A DNA stretch of 35,074 nt from the NCBI GenBank assembly GCA_038533035.1, contig JBCAZN010000001.1, positions 1-35,074 of the forward strand, in the 5' to 3' direction. The translations under genes and the position numbers were made by a program. The stretch comes from Pseudomonadota bacterium (lineage in GTDB: Bacteria > Pseudomonadota > Gammaproteobacteria > Steroidobacterales > Woeseiaceae). Below are positions 34,721 through 35,074 of the stretch, piece after piece; positions within the stretch are counted from its first letter, which is position 1, and each line of letters starts with the position of its first letter. The notes beneath the pieces were generated by a model. That model searched no databases, was not told the origin of the DNA, and worked only from the letters and a program-made list of their open reading frames with translations.

Positions 34721-35074
34721 ATGGCACTCAAAGCTTCTGAAATCAGCTCGCTGATTAAAGAACGCATCGAGAACTTCGAAGCATCCGCGGAAGCGCGCGA
34801 TGTCGGCACCGTTATCGCGGTAACCGACGGTATCGTTCGCATTCACGGCCTGGCGGACGCCCGCTACGGTGAAATGCTCGAGTTCCCGCAGAACACCTTT
34901 GGCATGGCGCTGAACCTGGAGCAGGATTCAGTTGGCGCGGTTGTCCTCGGTGACTACAAGCACATTTCGGAAGGCGACACGGTCAAGACGACCGGCCGCA
35001 TTCTCGAGGTGTCGATCGGGTTACCCAGCGAGTCGACAACGCGACCCAGCAGTGCGTCGCCGATCGGCACCTCG
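34721..35074 (+). CDS. atpA: F0F1 ATP synthase subunit alpha, 5' fragment running off the window. It is colinear with AtpA only up to 35011.
   Basis: AAGGA SD, then [19 protein letters not shown]...[11 protein letters not shown]...GEMLEFP...GMALNLE...TGRILEV matches the AtpA N-terminal beta-barrel domain. After codon V97 (35009-35011) the frame stays open but reads non-AtpA sequence ([14 protein letters not shown]...). See the inverted-segment feature. Confidence 0.9.
   Translation, partial: MALKASEISSLIKERIENFEASAEARDVGTVIAVTDGIVRIHGLADARYGEMLEFPQNTFGMALNLEQDSVGAVVLGDYKHISEGDTVKTTGRILEVSIGLPSESTTRPSSASPIGTS
35012..35074 (-). other. Inverted atpA segment: the next atpA codons are encoded on the opposite strand, flanked by a 7-nt inverted repeat
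   Basis: The reverse complement of 35012-35067 reads [18 protein letters not shown](D). This is exactly the expected continuation of ...GRILEV (compare the Pseudomonas/E. coli EVPVG..LLGRVV..LG.PIDGKG). CGAGGTG (35005-35011) and CACCTCG (35068-35074) are inverted repeats. Confidence 0.85.

Overview
High-GC (roughly 60% by eye) chromosomal segment. It looks gammaproteobacterial: the AtpE, AtpB, ParA/ParB, MnmG and RsmG products resemble Pseudomonas-type proteins. About 34 tightly packed protein-coding genes are present, many joined by 1-11 nt start/stop overlaps. I found no rRNA, tRNA, CRISPR array, transposase, integrase or phage genes.

Gene order, left to right:
- 3' part of amtB, then a small outer-membrane beta-barrel protein.
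- A minus-strand operon: S33 alpha/beta hydrolase, ABC ATPase, ABC-2 permease, and an M16 peptidase pair.
- mnmG.
- An Opp/Dpp-type peptide ABC importer: lipoprotein SBP, two permeases and a fused double-NBD ATPase.
- A DUF945/YdgA-like protein.
- Cytochrome c4, an MBL hydrolase and AcuI/YhdH.
- A small membrane protein.
- A six-gene RDD / SpoIIM-like / DUF4129 / DUF4350 / MoxR / DUF58 operon.
- A secreted S9 peptidase.
- rsmG, parA and parB.
- A convergent EAL (c-di-GMP phosphodiesterase) gene.
- atpI, atpB, atpE, atpF, atpH and the 5' end of atpA.

Most notable observations:
1. The fully translationally coupled MoxR-centred six-gene membrane operon (19.6-26.2 kb). Its families are nameable, but I know of no assigned function. 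It is the best candidate for an uncharacterised system here.
2. The classical mnmG-rsmG-parAB-atp block is split by an ~18 kb insert and by an antisense EAL gene.
3. The last ~63 nt of the window carry atpA codons in inverted orientation, either a fold-back/assembly artefact or a micro-inversion.
4. An ATPase-permease-M16-M16 gene order parallels albCDEF of the subtilosin cluster.

All family calls were made by eye from motifs and remembered homologues. No searches were run.
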